This document shows, piece after piece, positions 16,188-25,089 of a DNA stretch of 25,182 nucleotides (position 1 is its first letter; the number at the start of each line of letters is the position of its first letter). The stretch covers positions 1 through 25,182 of the forward strand of contig CAZTOS010000010.1 in assembly GCA_964615185.1 (NCBI GenBank), written 5' to 3'. The DNA comes from an uncultured Thermococci archaeon (GTDB lineage: Archaea; Methanobacteriota_B; Thermococci; Thermococcales; Thermococcaceae). Both the position numbers and the translations under genes were made by a program. The notes below the pieces were generated by a model. That model saw only the letters and a list, made by a program, of their open reading frames with translations, had not been told where the DNA came from and searched no databases.

Positions 16188-17030
16188 ATGGTTGAGATAA
16201 TAAATGTGCCCTATTTCATTAGGGATATAATTGTGCTAATAATCTCCATATCAGTATTGATACTGTTAGGACTTATGAGGAAGAAAATAAAAGAAAACCT
16301 CAGCTTTAGATACTTTATAACAGCATTTTACTTTTTGATTGTAGCCTTTATTTTCATATCAGTCGCCCAAATAATTGGGGTTCTTGTAAGAACCTCCTTA
16401 CTTTTTTATAATAGATACCCATACCTTGATATGAGGGCAATCTTGCTGACGTTAGGAGCTCTCTTCTTGTTTATATCATCGGTGATGTTCTATATACCAT
16501 TTGCAAGGAATAAATATAGGATTATAAAAATAGCTGTTGAGCCATCAAACACCTTTAAATACGGAGCTTATTGGTGTGAAAAGGAGGAATGCTACGCCAC
16601 ATTTGTTGAATTTGCAAAGAAAATGAGAATTCCATGTATAGCGGTTACAAGAGATCCACCTGAGATTTTTAGGGAGAAACTTGGCTTGAAGATAATCCCA
16701 GTAATGTGGATTTCTAAAGTTCAACATGAGGAGGCTATAGATCCAACAAGACTTCCTTACATTCTCGACTACCTCAAAAGATTCTTAGAGAGTGCGGAAA
16801 TTGACAAAGCTATCCTGATTGACTGCATCGAGTATCTGATTCTTGAAAATGGAGAATCAGCCATTTTGAAGTTTATAACCAAGCTCAAAGATTTTACAAC
16901 CCTAAACAGAGGGATTCTTTTAGTTCATCTTGATAAAGAGGTTTTAGACGAAAAGACATATGCAATGTTAACTTCAGAGCTAAGACCTTTAAAGGAGCTA
17001 CTAATGGAAATAGGAGTCTTAGGTGAATAA
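16188..17030 (+). CDS. DUF835 domain membrane protein
   Basis: Three N-terminal TM segments, followed by AVTRDPP, WISKV, IDPTRL and IDCIEYLILENG. Confidence 0.88.
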   Translation: MVEIINVPYFIRDIIVLIISISVLILLGLMRKKIKENLSFRYFITAFYFLIVAFIFISVAQIIGVLVRTSLLFYNRYPYLDMRAILLTLGALFLFISSVMFYIPFARNKYRIIKIAVEPSNTFKYGAYWCEKEECYATFVEFAKKMRIPCIAVTRDPPEIFREKLGLKIIPVMWISKVQHEEAIDPTRLPYILDYLKRFLESAEIDKAILIDCIEYLILENGESAILKFITKLKDFTTLNRGILLVHLDKEVLDEKTYAMLTSELRPLKELLMEIGVLGE

Positions 17031-17031
17031 G

Positions 17032-18117
17032 ATGAAAGCTCCAGACTTGGGAATCAAAATTGGATTTTATGAGCATGGAAAAAGGAACTCAATAACTGAC
17101 GTTAAAGGCATTAAAGTTGGCCATGTAACTCTAATTAGAGGAGAGGGAAAGCTCATCCCTGGAAAAGGTCCAGTCAGAACAGGAGTCACTGTTATTCTGC
17201 CACATGAGGGGAACATCTTCAAAGAGAAGCTCTTGGCAAGTGTCTTTGTAATGAACGGCTATGCAAAGCCTGTGGGATTAACTCAAATTAGAGAACTCGG
17301 CACAATCGAAACTCCAATAGCTTTGACAAATACTTTAAGCGTTTATACTGTTGCTGATGCTCTAACTGATTACATGCTTGACCAGAATGAAGATATAGGG
17401 GTTACAACTGGTTCAGTTAATCCCGTCGTTTTAGAGTGCAACGATTCCTATTTGAACGACCTCAGAGGAAAGCATGTAAAAAAAGAGCACGTATTTGAGG
17501 CAATAAAAAATGCAAATAAAAACTTTGAGGAAGGCTCGGTTGGAGCAGGAACAGGGATGAGCTCCTTTGAGTTTAAAGGTGGAATAGGCTCTTCTTCAAG
17601 AGTCATTGGGATTGAAGGCAAGAAATACACGGTGGGTGCTTTGGTTTTGAACAATTTTGGAAAGAGAGAGGATTTAACAATTGCTGGAGTTCCTGTAGGC
17701 TGGGAGCTTAGAGATTACCCTGGAAGAGGAAATCCGAGCAAAGGGAGCATCATAATGATCCTCGCAACAGATGCCCCGCTGACAGCAAGGCAACTATACA
17801 GGTTAGCCAAGAGAGCAGTGGTTGGCTTGGCAAGGACTGGAGGCTATGCCTATCACGGAAGCGGTGATATAGCTTTGGCATTTTCAACGGCTCAAAGGAT
17901 AAAGCACTATCAAAGAGAGGAGTTTGAAATAAAAATGCTCCCCGATGCAAGGCTCAACAGGCTTTTCAAAGCGGCCGCTGAAGCAACAGAAGAGGCGATA
18001 ATTAACTCTCTGCTCCAAGCAAAGACAATGACTGGAAGAGATAACCATATACGCTATGCTTTGCCACATGATAAGCTGATCGAAATTATGAAAAAGTACG
18101 GGAGATTAGAAGAGTAA
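17032..18117 (+). CDS. DmpA-family L-aminopeptidase/D-esterase (peptidase S58)
   Basis: NSITDVKGIKVGH, RTGVTVILP, ECND, GAGTGM, KGGIGSSSR, GS autoproteolysis site (KGSII) and GSGD. Confidence 0.92.
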   Translation: MKAPDLGIKIGFYEHGKRNSITDVKGIKVGHVTLIRGEGKLIPGKGPVRTGVTVILPHEGNIFKEKLLASVFVMNGYAKPVGLTQIRELGTIETPIALTNTLSVYTVADALTDYMLDQNEDIGVTTGSVNPVVLECNDSYLNDLRGKHVKKEHVFEAIKNANKNFEEGSVGAGTGMSSFEFKGGIGSSSRVIGIEGKKYTVGALVLNNFGKREDLTIAGVPVGWELRDYPGRGNPSKGSIIMILATDAPLTARQLYRLAKRAVVGLARTGGYAYHGSGDIALAFSTAQRIKHYQREEFEIKMLPDARLNRLFKAAAEATEEAIINSLLQAKTMTGRDNHIRYALPHDKLIEIMKKYGRLEE

Positions 18118-18120
18118 TGC

Positions 18121-18969
18121 TTAGATGACTATCTGTTCATATTTTTTCTTCATTAAGATTGCATCCCCTTCAATGTTGGGGCTTTCACTTATAACCACAC
18201 CTTTTACCCTGAACTCTTTCAGCACTTTAAGCAAGTCCTCCCACCTCAAATCGCTCTCCTGAAGGTTCAAATGATGCTTTTCGCCCTTCTCTGTATAGTG
18301 AATTCCGCTTATGTGGATGTGCATGTTGTCTAAAGCTTCTCTTCCAAGCTCCTGTTCAATCAGAGCAAGCATTTCACGCCACTCTTCTGCTGTGTTAAGT
18401 TTTCCCAAGTGTCTTGCATGCGCATGTGCAAAGTCTATAGCTGGAAGAACCATTTCCACATCTTGGCTCAGCTTTATCAGCTCCCTAAGCTCGCCAAACT
18501 GAGTTGGCTTTCCAGTGAGTTCTGGTCTTATCCAAATCTCTATTCCCTTGTCTTGGAGCTGCTTGACAATGTCTTTAATCTCATTTTTAATCTTCTCATA
18601 AACCGTTTCTGGAGGCTGCTTGAGGTAATAGCCAGCATGGAACACAACACTCCACCCTCCAGCCTCATGCAAGCGTTCAGCACTCTGAATAATCCTCTTC
18701 TTGCTTGCCTCAACTTTACTTTTCTCTGCAGCGTTGAGATTTATATAGTAAGGGGCATGAGCCGTTAAGAGGACATCATGCTTCTGAGCAACATACTTTA
18801 TCTTCTTTGCCATCTCGGGGGAGATGTTCACACCTCTCACAAACTCAAGCTCCATTGCATCTAAGCCAAGTTCCCTAACCCGCTGAATTCCGGTGATAGT
18901 TGAGGGTTTTGGTGTTGAGAGTGGAATCCCGGCTGTTCCAAACCTTAATCTGTCTATCCTAATTCTCAT
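18121..18969 (-). CDS. nfo: Endonuclease IV (AP endonuclease 2)
   Basis: RFGTAG, HAPYYINL, VFHAG, PELTGK..QFG, IDFAH, HIHISG and ISESP. Confidence 0.93.
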   Translation of the reverse strand: MRIRIDRLRFGTAGIPLSTPKPSTITGIQRVRELGLDAMELEFVRGVNISPEMAKKIKYVAQKHDVLLTAHAPYYINLNAAEKSKVEASKKRIIQSAERLHEAGGWSVVFHAGYYLKQPPETVYEKIKNEIKDIVKQLQDKGIEIWIRPELTGKPTQFGELRELIKLSQDVEMVLPAIDFAHAHARHLGKLNTAEEWREMLALIEQELGREALDNMHIHISGIHYTEKGEKHHLNLQESDLRWEDLLKVLKEFRVKGVVISESPNIEGDAILMKKKYEQIVI

Positions 18970-18987
18970 CTCTCACCACCAATAAAG

Positions 18988-19005
18988 AATTAGGCTTTCC
19001 TAATT
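18988..19005. promoter_or_regulatory. Perfect palindrome (DtxR-box-like) abutting the nfo TATA box
   Basis: AATTAGG-CTTT-CCTAATT. The minus strand reads TTTATAATTAGGAAAGCCTAATT...GGTGGTGAGAGATG. Confidence 0.5.
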
Positions 19006-19011
19006 ATAAAT

Positions 19012-20082
19012 TTATGGTCTATCTATGCTTGTGTTTAGAATTTTCTCGAGCTTTGAAAGTGATTCGTCCAATTCTTTCTCAAGCTCAAGCAATTTATCTT
19101 TCAGGCGTTTAATCCTTTTTTCTTTCTCAAGAATGCGTTTTTTGATAATCTCAATTTCACTTTCAAGTTTCCTTTTTTCACGAAGAATTTCAGCTCTTCT
19201 GTTTTCGAACTCCTTCAACTTTCTTTTTCTTTTTTTGATTTCCTCTGATTTAGGTTCCAAATTTTCTAAAATCCAGTCTGCAGTCTGTTTGTATTTACCT
19301 TCCAGTCTTTCCCGGATTTTAATTAAAAAGCTTAAAAATTCTTCTGGATGATCGATCCCATATGAACTGTCCTTTAGAATCTCATTGGCTGTTCTCTCTC
19401 CAGTACGCATTCGCTTTATTGGTTTCTGGAGCTTTGAGATTTTGGATCGAATTTCAATTTCGTCTTTTGCAATCGAAGAGTTCAGATTCCTAATTTTAGA
19501 TTCAATTTTTTCCAGTTCTTCCTCCAGTTTGACCATTTTGGATTTGAGTTCCCTTTCCTTCTCCTCGAGTTCACTTTTCAAAAGTTTTAAATCCTCTTCT
19601 TCACTTTCAAGCTGCTTTTTGGCATTTTCAATATTACTTAAAATAGAATCAAGTTCAATTGGTTCAATGCTAATTTCAGCTACCTTTCTAATATATTCTG
19701 TGTACTCCTCAGAAACTTCTTTCAGAAGCTTGTTTATTGCATAGACTTCTTTTTCAAAGACTAAAAGAAGATGCTTCCCATGGGAGATATGGAGCTTAGA
19801 AAGCTCTGGGAGGAATCTGCCTAACTCCTCAATGTTCTCAATTCTTTCAAGTATTCTTCTTAATGTATCCACATAACTTCTTCTCTCTCTTTCCACGACC
19901 TGTTTAATCCTTTCATCGATTTTCTTTGGAATCTCCTTTTTTTCAAGCTTTTCAAGATTTTTTAGAATTTCATGCTTCTTTTTTAAAAGTTTGGATGTGT
20001 ATTTTTCTTCAAGATTTTTTCGCTTCTCTTCAGCTTTCTTTTTCTTTTTTTCATACTCCTTCAATGCTCTTTCCAATTTCAA
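19012..20082 (-). CDS. Long coiled-coil (K/E-rich) hypothetical protein
   Basis: Extensive heptad-like E/K/L composition and no ATPase motif. Start is uncertain: TTG 20082 after GGGAG is preferred over TTG 20124. Confidence 0.8.
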   Translation of the reverse strand: MKLERALKEYEKKKKKAEEKRKNLEEKYTSKLLKKKHEILKNLEKLEKKEIPKKIDERIKQVVERERRSYVDTLRRILERIENIEELGRFLPELSKLHISHGKHLLLVFEKEVYAINKLLKEVSEEYTEYIRKVAEISIEPIELDSILSNIENAKKQLESEEEDLKLLKSELEEKERELKSKMVKLEEELEKIESKIRNLNSSIAKDEIEIRSKISKLQKPIKRMRTGERTANEILKDSSYGIDHPEEFLSFLIKIRERLEGKYKQTADWILENLEPKSEEIKKRKRKLKEFENRRAEILREKRKLESEIEIIKKRILEKEKRIKRLKDKLLELEKELDESLSKLEKILNTSIDRP

Positions 20083-21190
20083 TTTTCTCCCATCCTTTAA
20101 CTTTCTCCCTAAGATAAATCCCAATTAAGGTTCCAACAACAACATCCCCTATTGCCATAACGATTTTTTTGAAGAACTGTAGCAGATAGGGAGATACAGT
20201 GGACATTGCATACAAAGTCGTTAGGTCAATGGTGATCCAAAGAGCTGGAAGTAAGAGCAGACCAGTGATATAATACCAGATATGCGGATCCTTCCTTAAA
20301 TATGACTGAAGGACTTTTCCAAGCACCATAACGCCTAATCCCACCACAAATGAAGTCTTTAAGATGTTCAGATAAAGCAAAACTGCAATTAATTGGGTAC
20401 CCGGTAACCCTCCAAGCTTTTCCATCGCTATGTATTCCAGATTGAGATATGCGTTTATAGCTCCAGCAACCATAACCAAGAAACCTGCAATAAGTGATAT
20501 GAACTCAATAAAACCCTTTGTTATAGTCTCTTTTAGGGATATATGGATTCTAAATCCTCTTGTAAAGAAATATGAACCAACTATAAAAAGAATTGCCCCA
20601 GTAACTGTTGCTGAGACTATCTGGATGCTCTGAGGATATTTAACAGAAATCAATTTTGCAATCCCGTAAAGTAACAGTATAAGCCCGGGAATCCCCAAAA
20701 CTACCTTGGCAACCTCTGGATCACTTAAGATTTCTCTTAGATATCTATAAATAATGTAATAAGTGGTCTCAATGCTTTCGCTTTGCTTAACAACAACACG
20801 ACGGGAACTTATAATGGGAACTTTAGAAGTTATAATGGGAAAAATCTGCTCATCCTCCGCCCCATCTGTAACCGGAATAATTCCATCAGCTGGAAATACT
20901 CTCAGAACTTCCTCAAGCTGTTTACTTAGCTCAAGATCACTTTTTACACCAACATCATGATGACCAGTTATCAATGCAACTTCAACATTCTCAAATTCAC
21001 CGCTCTCTTTAAGTTCATCATGGAGCTTAACAGCGGCATAAGCAACGTTAGCATCACTATCTTCAGGATCTGCTAAGCTAAGCTTAAGGGCAGCGTCTAT
21101 ACATGCATCTCGCCCAATAACCGGACCTTTTACCTTGGCTTTAACCCCAAAGTCGTCATCTCTATCAATTGCCAAAACCAAAACCTTAAT
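20051..21190 (-). CDS. DUF373 family membrane protein
   Basis: LAIDRDDDFG, DPEDSDAN, TDGAEDE and RVVVKQSESIETTYY, then about 6 TM segments. Start is either TTG 21181 or non-canonical ATT 21190. Confidence 0.9.
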   Translation of the reverse strand: MKVLVLAIDRDDDFGVKAKVKGPVIGRDACIDAALKLSLADPEDSDANVAYAAVKLHDELKESGEFENVEVALITGHHDVGVKSDLELSKQLEEVLRVFPADGIIPVTDGAEDEQIFPIITSKVPIISSRRVVVKQSESIETTYYIIYRYLREILSDPEVAKVVLGIPGLILLLYGIAKLISVKYPQSIQIVSATVTGAILFIVGSYFFTRGFRIHISLKETITKGFIEFISLIAGFLVMVAGAINAYLNLEYIAMEKLGGLPGTQLIAVLLYLNILKTSFVVGLGVMVLGKVLQSYLRKDPHIWYYITGLLLLPALWITIDLTTLYAMSTVSPYLLQFFKKIVMAIGDVVVGTLIGIYLREKVKGWEKIEIGKSIEGV

Positions 21191-21192
21191 TT

Positions 21193-21467
21193 TTAACCCT
21201 CCCGGGCTTTCTCTAATACCGACTTCACTTTATCTTCCATTTTAACCTTTTTATCCCTTCTGTCATCAATTCGAATTCTTTTTGCTCCAAGCTTAAACAT
21301 GAGCTCATGAGCCTCTTCAATTATTTTAAGACCTTCTGAAACTGTAGGAACTTCGATTATAGTCCCCATAGGTGTCAGTTGATACTTTACATCTTTCTTC
21401 TCTAAAAGCTTTACTACTTCAGCAACGTATCTCCAAGGGGCACTATGACGAACTCTATGATTGCCAT
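21193..21467 (-). pseudogene. Frameshifted MTH1187/YkoF-family thiamine-binding protein
   Basis: The family-type N-terminus MAIIEFVIVPLG from ATG 21467 is out of frame with YVAEVVKLL...YQLTPMGTIIE...IRIDDRRDK. The ATG frame stops after 17 codons. Confidence 0.8.
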
Positions 21468-21561
21468 TTTCGACACCCAACTAAACTAAGCTCGACAATT
21501 TTTTAAGCTTTACGCAACACCTTAAAATACTCCAAAGACGTAAGAAAATGTGGTGAGGGAT

Positions 21562-22188
21562 ATGCACAAAATCAAAGATGAATGGGGAGAGTTTTTAGTC
21601 AAGCTTGCAAGAAAATCAATTGAGGAGTATTTAAAGAGTGGAAAAATTATTAAACCTCCAAAAGACACTCCAGAAGAGCTTTGGGAAAAGATGGGAGTTT
21701 TTGTAACCCTCAATCGATATGATGTTCCAAAGCAAACAGCGCTCAGGGGATGTATTGGATTTCCCTTGCCGACCTATCCACTCGTTGAAGCTACAATAAA
21801 GGCAGCCATATATGCAGCTGTTGAAGACCCTCGCTTTCCTCCAGTAACTTTGGATGAGATGGACAACCTAATAATTGAAGTCAGCGTTTTAACACCTCCT
21901 GAGCCAATTGAAGGGCCTCCAGAAGAAAGACCAAAGAAAATTAAAGTTGGAAGGGATGGTTTGATAATTGAAAAGGGATTTTACTCAGGGCTTTTGCTAC
22001 CCCAAGTACCTATTGAATGGGGCTGGGATGAGGAAGAATTTTTAGCAGAGACCTGTTGGAAGGCTGGTCTGCCTCCAGACTGCTGGCTTGATCCAGATAC
22101 AAAGGTTTACAAATTTACAGCGGAAATATTTGAGGAAGAGTATCCAAGAGGATCAGTGAGGAGAAAGCCTTTAGTTCCTGAGGAATAA
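21562..22188 (+). CDS. AMMECR1-domain (TIGR00296-type) protein
   Basis: GVFVTL, LRGCIG, EDPRFPP, EVSVLT, GLLLPQV and KAGL. ATG 21562 follows GGTGAGG. Confidence 0.92.
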   Translation: MHKIKDEWGEFLVKLARKSIEEYLKSGKIIKPPKDTPEELWEKMGVFVTLNRYDVPKQTALRGCIGFPLPTYPLVEATIKAAIYAAVEDPRFPPVTLDEMDNLIIEVSVLTPPEPIEGPPEERPKKIKVGRDGLIIEKGFYSGLLLPQVPIEWGWDEEEFLAETCWKAGLPPDCWLDPDTKVYKFTAEIFEEEYPRGSVRRKPLVPEE

Positions 22189-22239
22189 TTTGTAGTGAGA
22201 CTTCAAAAAGTTTATAAAGATATTTGCAGTATAAGTTCA
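22189..22239 (+). promoter_or_regulatory. Leaderless promoter with two related imperfect palindromes flanking the TATA box
   Basis: TTTGTAGT-GAG-ACTTCAAA (22189-22207), TTTATAAA (22211-22218), TTTGCAGT-ATA-AGTTCA (22223-22239), then ATG 22241. Confidence 0.45.
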
Positions 22240-22240
22240 C

Positions 22241-23410
22241 ATGATTGAAGAGCAAAATCCATGGTGGTTTCATGAACCTGATCCTGACTGGATCGAATTC
22301 GATCGACTTGAATACAGGATCATCCCAGAATGGATCAACAAAATACCTCTAATCCCTTTCAGCCTTAACTTTATCCTTGGACCTAGAAGAGTTGGAAAGA
22401 CTCTTGGAATAAAGCTGCTTATTAAGGAACTAACAGCCAAAAATCCCTATCAGGTTTTCTACTTTAGTTGTGATGTTCTCGAGGATCACAATGACCTGCT
22501 TGAGACTCTCAGGGATTATATCAAGCTGAAAGAAAGGAAAGGGATAAAGACAGCCTATATATTTTTGGATGAGATCACATTTGTAAATGAATGGTGGAGG
22601 GCGATAAAATACATTATAGATCGAAAGATCGTAAAAAACGACGTCATTACTTTGCTGGGCTCCTCTTCAATGACTTTAAGTAAAAGATTTGAAACATTTG
22701 GCGGGAGAAGAGGACACGGGAAGACCATTGAAGTCATGCCTTTAAGCTTTCACGACTATTATCTGCTCTTTTATGATGAATTTTTTGAAAGAAAAGGTGA
22801 GGAAATATTTGACAAGTATCTTGAAACCGGAGGATACCTTTCAGTCCTAAACAAGGAACTGAAACTTGAAGAGCTGATATCCCTAATCAAAGCAGATTTA
22901 AGGGCGGTTGACCGCTCAACAGGAACTGCCAAAGATATCATAGGTGCTATACTTGACAAATCCCCATCTCCAGTATCTTTTCATTCAATAGCTCAAAATG
23001 TAGGCATATCAACACACACGGCAAAGGATTACATTGAAATCTTTGAGGGGCTTTACATCATCCTTCAACTCTTGTATCAAGGAGGGGACAGAAAAATATA
23101 TCCAAGACGGGAAAGAAAGATTGCTATAAGAGATCCTTTTATAGCACGAGCATTAGGCCTATGGAGCAGAAGAAGGATTAGAGAAGAAGTTTTATATGAA
23201 TGGCTTGTGCAGGAACATCTTTACAGGAAGTTTGGGGAGGTTTACTATTTCAAGAACAACTACGAAGTTGACGCAATAGCTGATAACATGAAAGTGGAGG
23301 TAAAGCTCACAAGAGCTCATAGGAAATACCCAAAAGAGGTTACTGTTCTCGCAAAGGAAGATATCCCCGAATTTCTCTTCAATCTTTGGCTTTCCTCAAT
23401 TTCGCAATGA
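22241..23410 (+). CDS. AAA_14/DUF4143-type (COG1373) ATPase with HTH and C-terminal PD-(D/E)xK-like motif
   Basis: QNPWW, Walker A GPRRVGKT, Walker B IFLDEI, LGSSS, MPLSF, YLETGG, HTH 'SFHSIAQNVGISTHTAKDY' and EVDA...VEVK. Confidence 0.88.
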   Translation: MIEEQNPWWFHEPDPDWIEFDRLEYRIIPEWINKIPLIPFSLNFILGPRRVGKTLGIKLLIKELTAKNPYQVFYFSCDVLEDHNDLLETLRDYIKLKERKGIKTAYIFLDEITFVNEWWRAIKYIIDRKIVKNDVITLLGSSSMTLSKRFETFGGRRGHGKTIEVMPLSFHDYYLLFYDEFFERKGEEIFDKYLETGGYLSVLNKELKLEELISLIKADLRAVDRSTGTAKDIIGAILDKSPSPVSFHSIAQNVGISTHTAKDYIEIFEGLYIILQLLYQGGDRKIYPRRERKIAIRDPFIARALGLWSRRRIREEVLYEWLVQEHLYRKFGEVYYFKNNYEVDAIADNMKVEVKLTRAHRKYPKEVTVLAKEDIPEFLFNLWLSSISQ

Positions 23411-24740
23411 AAAAGCTGTTGCAGTCATGCAGATGAGTCCAAGCTCTGAAAACTTTATCTCCAATCTCCAAAAAGCCCCTTTCACCCCAGCTGAATGGAT
23501 AATTAACCAATTCAAAACCCACCTTGTTTATTGCATATTTAATGTTCTCTTCATTTTCATCAATTCTGATTGAGCATGTTGAGTAAGTCATTTCCCCCTC
23601 AGGGTTCAGATTACGATAAGCATTCTTCAGCATCGCCTTCTGCACTTGAATAACTTTCTTAATCTTCTTCTCGTCAAAGCGCCACTTCACCTCTGGGAAC
23701 TGCCTGTAAGTGCCCGAACTTGAGCACGGAGCATCAAGAATGATTCTATCAAACTTTTCTTTGTCCTTGAACTTCATTCCATCGGCATGGACAAGCTTAA
23801 CATTTGTAACTCCCAGAATCTTCATCTTCTCACGCATCTTGTTGAGTCTCTCCAAAGAGTAATCAACAGCTATTATCTCACCTGTATTTTCCATTAGATG
23901 GGCAACGTGGAACGTTTTGCTACCTGGGGCTGCTGCCAAATCAAGAATCCTCTCGCCTTTTTCTGGGCTTAAAACATGAGCAACATAAGCTGAGGCTAAG
24001 TCTTGAATGACAAAGTGACCTTGCTTGTACCATTCAAGTCTCGTAATTGGGGTCTCGTATTCTAAAATCTTGAGCACGTCATCAATGGGAGTTCTGGCAA
24101 CCCTAACGTTATGCTCCTCCAGATAATCAGCTAAGCTGTCAATGTCAGTTTTGAGAGGATTCACCCTCACATAGTAACGCTGAGCCCTGTTATTGCTCAG
24201 CATCAATCTTACTGCATTCTCATAACCGAGCAGCTCGATTGCATATTCAACGTACCATCTTGGATGGGAGAACTTAACGCTCAAATACTCAATTCTATCC
24301 CTCTCTTTCAGCTTTTTCAAAGCTTTTTCGAGATTAAAATTCTCCACTTCTCTAAGCAAAGCATTCACAAACTTAGCTTTTGCCAGATCATACTTCTCCT
24401 TAACAGCCCTAACAATAGAATCAGTGGCAATGGCAGGATTAACTCCTTTAAACTTCATTTCAAAAACGCCGATTCTGATTAAATTAGCTAAATAAAGCTC
24501 TAAATCCTCAATTTTTGAACCCTTAAGAACAGAGTTCACTATGAAGTCAATTTTCTTCCTCCATTTTTCAATTTCGAATACATAAGCATGAGCTAATCCA
24601 CGAGCCTTCTCTCTGTCTCTCCCACTAACTCGCTTAAAAACCCTCTCAAGGGCATTTTTTGAAGAGAGTTCACGCTCATCGATTAATGTTAGTATGTCAG
24701 CTATGAGCTCGTGAAGAGTTATGCGATAAAACAGCTCCAT
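23379..24740 (-). CDS. RsmB/NOP2 (Sun/Fmu) family RNA m5C methyltransferase with N-terminal NusB-like domain
   Basis: IQDLAS, LDLAAAPGSKT, LDAPCSSSG, YSTCS..ENE, plus FVNALLR and SHPRW in the N-terminal part. Confidence 0.93.
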   Translation of the reverse strand: MELFYRITLHELIADILTLIDERELSSKNALERVFKRVSGRDREKARGLAHAYVFEIEKWRKKIDFIVNSVLKGSKIEDLELYLANLIRIGVFEMKFKGVNPAIATDSIVRAVKEKYDLAKAKFVNALLREVENFNLEKALKKLKERDRIEYLSVKFSHPRWYVEYAIELLGYENAVRLMLSNNRAQRYYVRVNPLKTDIDSLADYLEEHNVRVARTPIDDVLKILEYETPITRLEWYKQGHFVIQDLASAYVAHVLSPEKGERILDLAAAPGSKTFHVAHLMENTGEIIAVDYSLERLNKMREKMKILGVTNVKLVHADGMKFKDKEKFDRIILDAPCSSSGTYRQFPEVKWRFDEKKIKKVIQVQKAMLKNAYRNLNPEGEMTYSTCSIRIDENEENIKYAINKVGFELVNYPFSWGERGFLEIGDKVFRAWTHLHDCNSFFIAKLRKAKD

Positions 24741-24816
24741 GCTCTTAGCTTTGATGGAGAGTTTAAAAAGTTAAGCCTTATTAACCTCAAATGTGATATC
24801 AAATATGGTGTGATTG

Positions 24817-25089
24817 ATGGAGGAGATAGACAAACTCGTTTGGAACTTCCCGCTCTTCAAAAGCTACAGAGAAAAAGAGAAATTCTTCAAGGTAATTGGG
24901 CTTCTCGTTTCCCATCAGATATCCTTTGAAAAAGCCGCAGAGCTACTCGATATGAGGATCGAAGAGCTTTCGTTCCTCCTTGACAAACTTGGGGTGGAGT
25001 ACTCCTTCCTTGATAAGGAAGAGGTAGAGAAAGAAAAAGATGCCGTTAAGCGGCTCTTGGAGGAGTTGAAACGTGAGGGCTGTATTTAA
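24817..25089 (+). CDS. UPF0175-like putative antitoxin
   Basis: 'QISFEKAAELLDM' HTH pattern. Overlaps the downstream PIN gene start. Confidence 0.75.
   Translation: MEEIDKLVWNFPLFKSYREKEKFFKVIGLLVSHQISFEKAAELLDMRIEELSFLLDKLGVEYSFLDKEEVEKEKDAVKRLLEELKREGCI

Noticed and set aside
19012..20124. SMC/Rad50-like call for the coiled-coil protein
   Set aside because: No Walker A/B, signature, hinge or zinc-hook motif.
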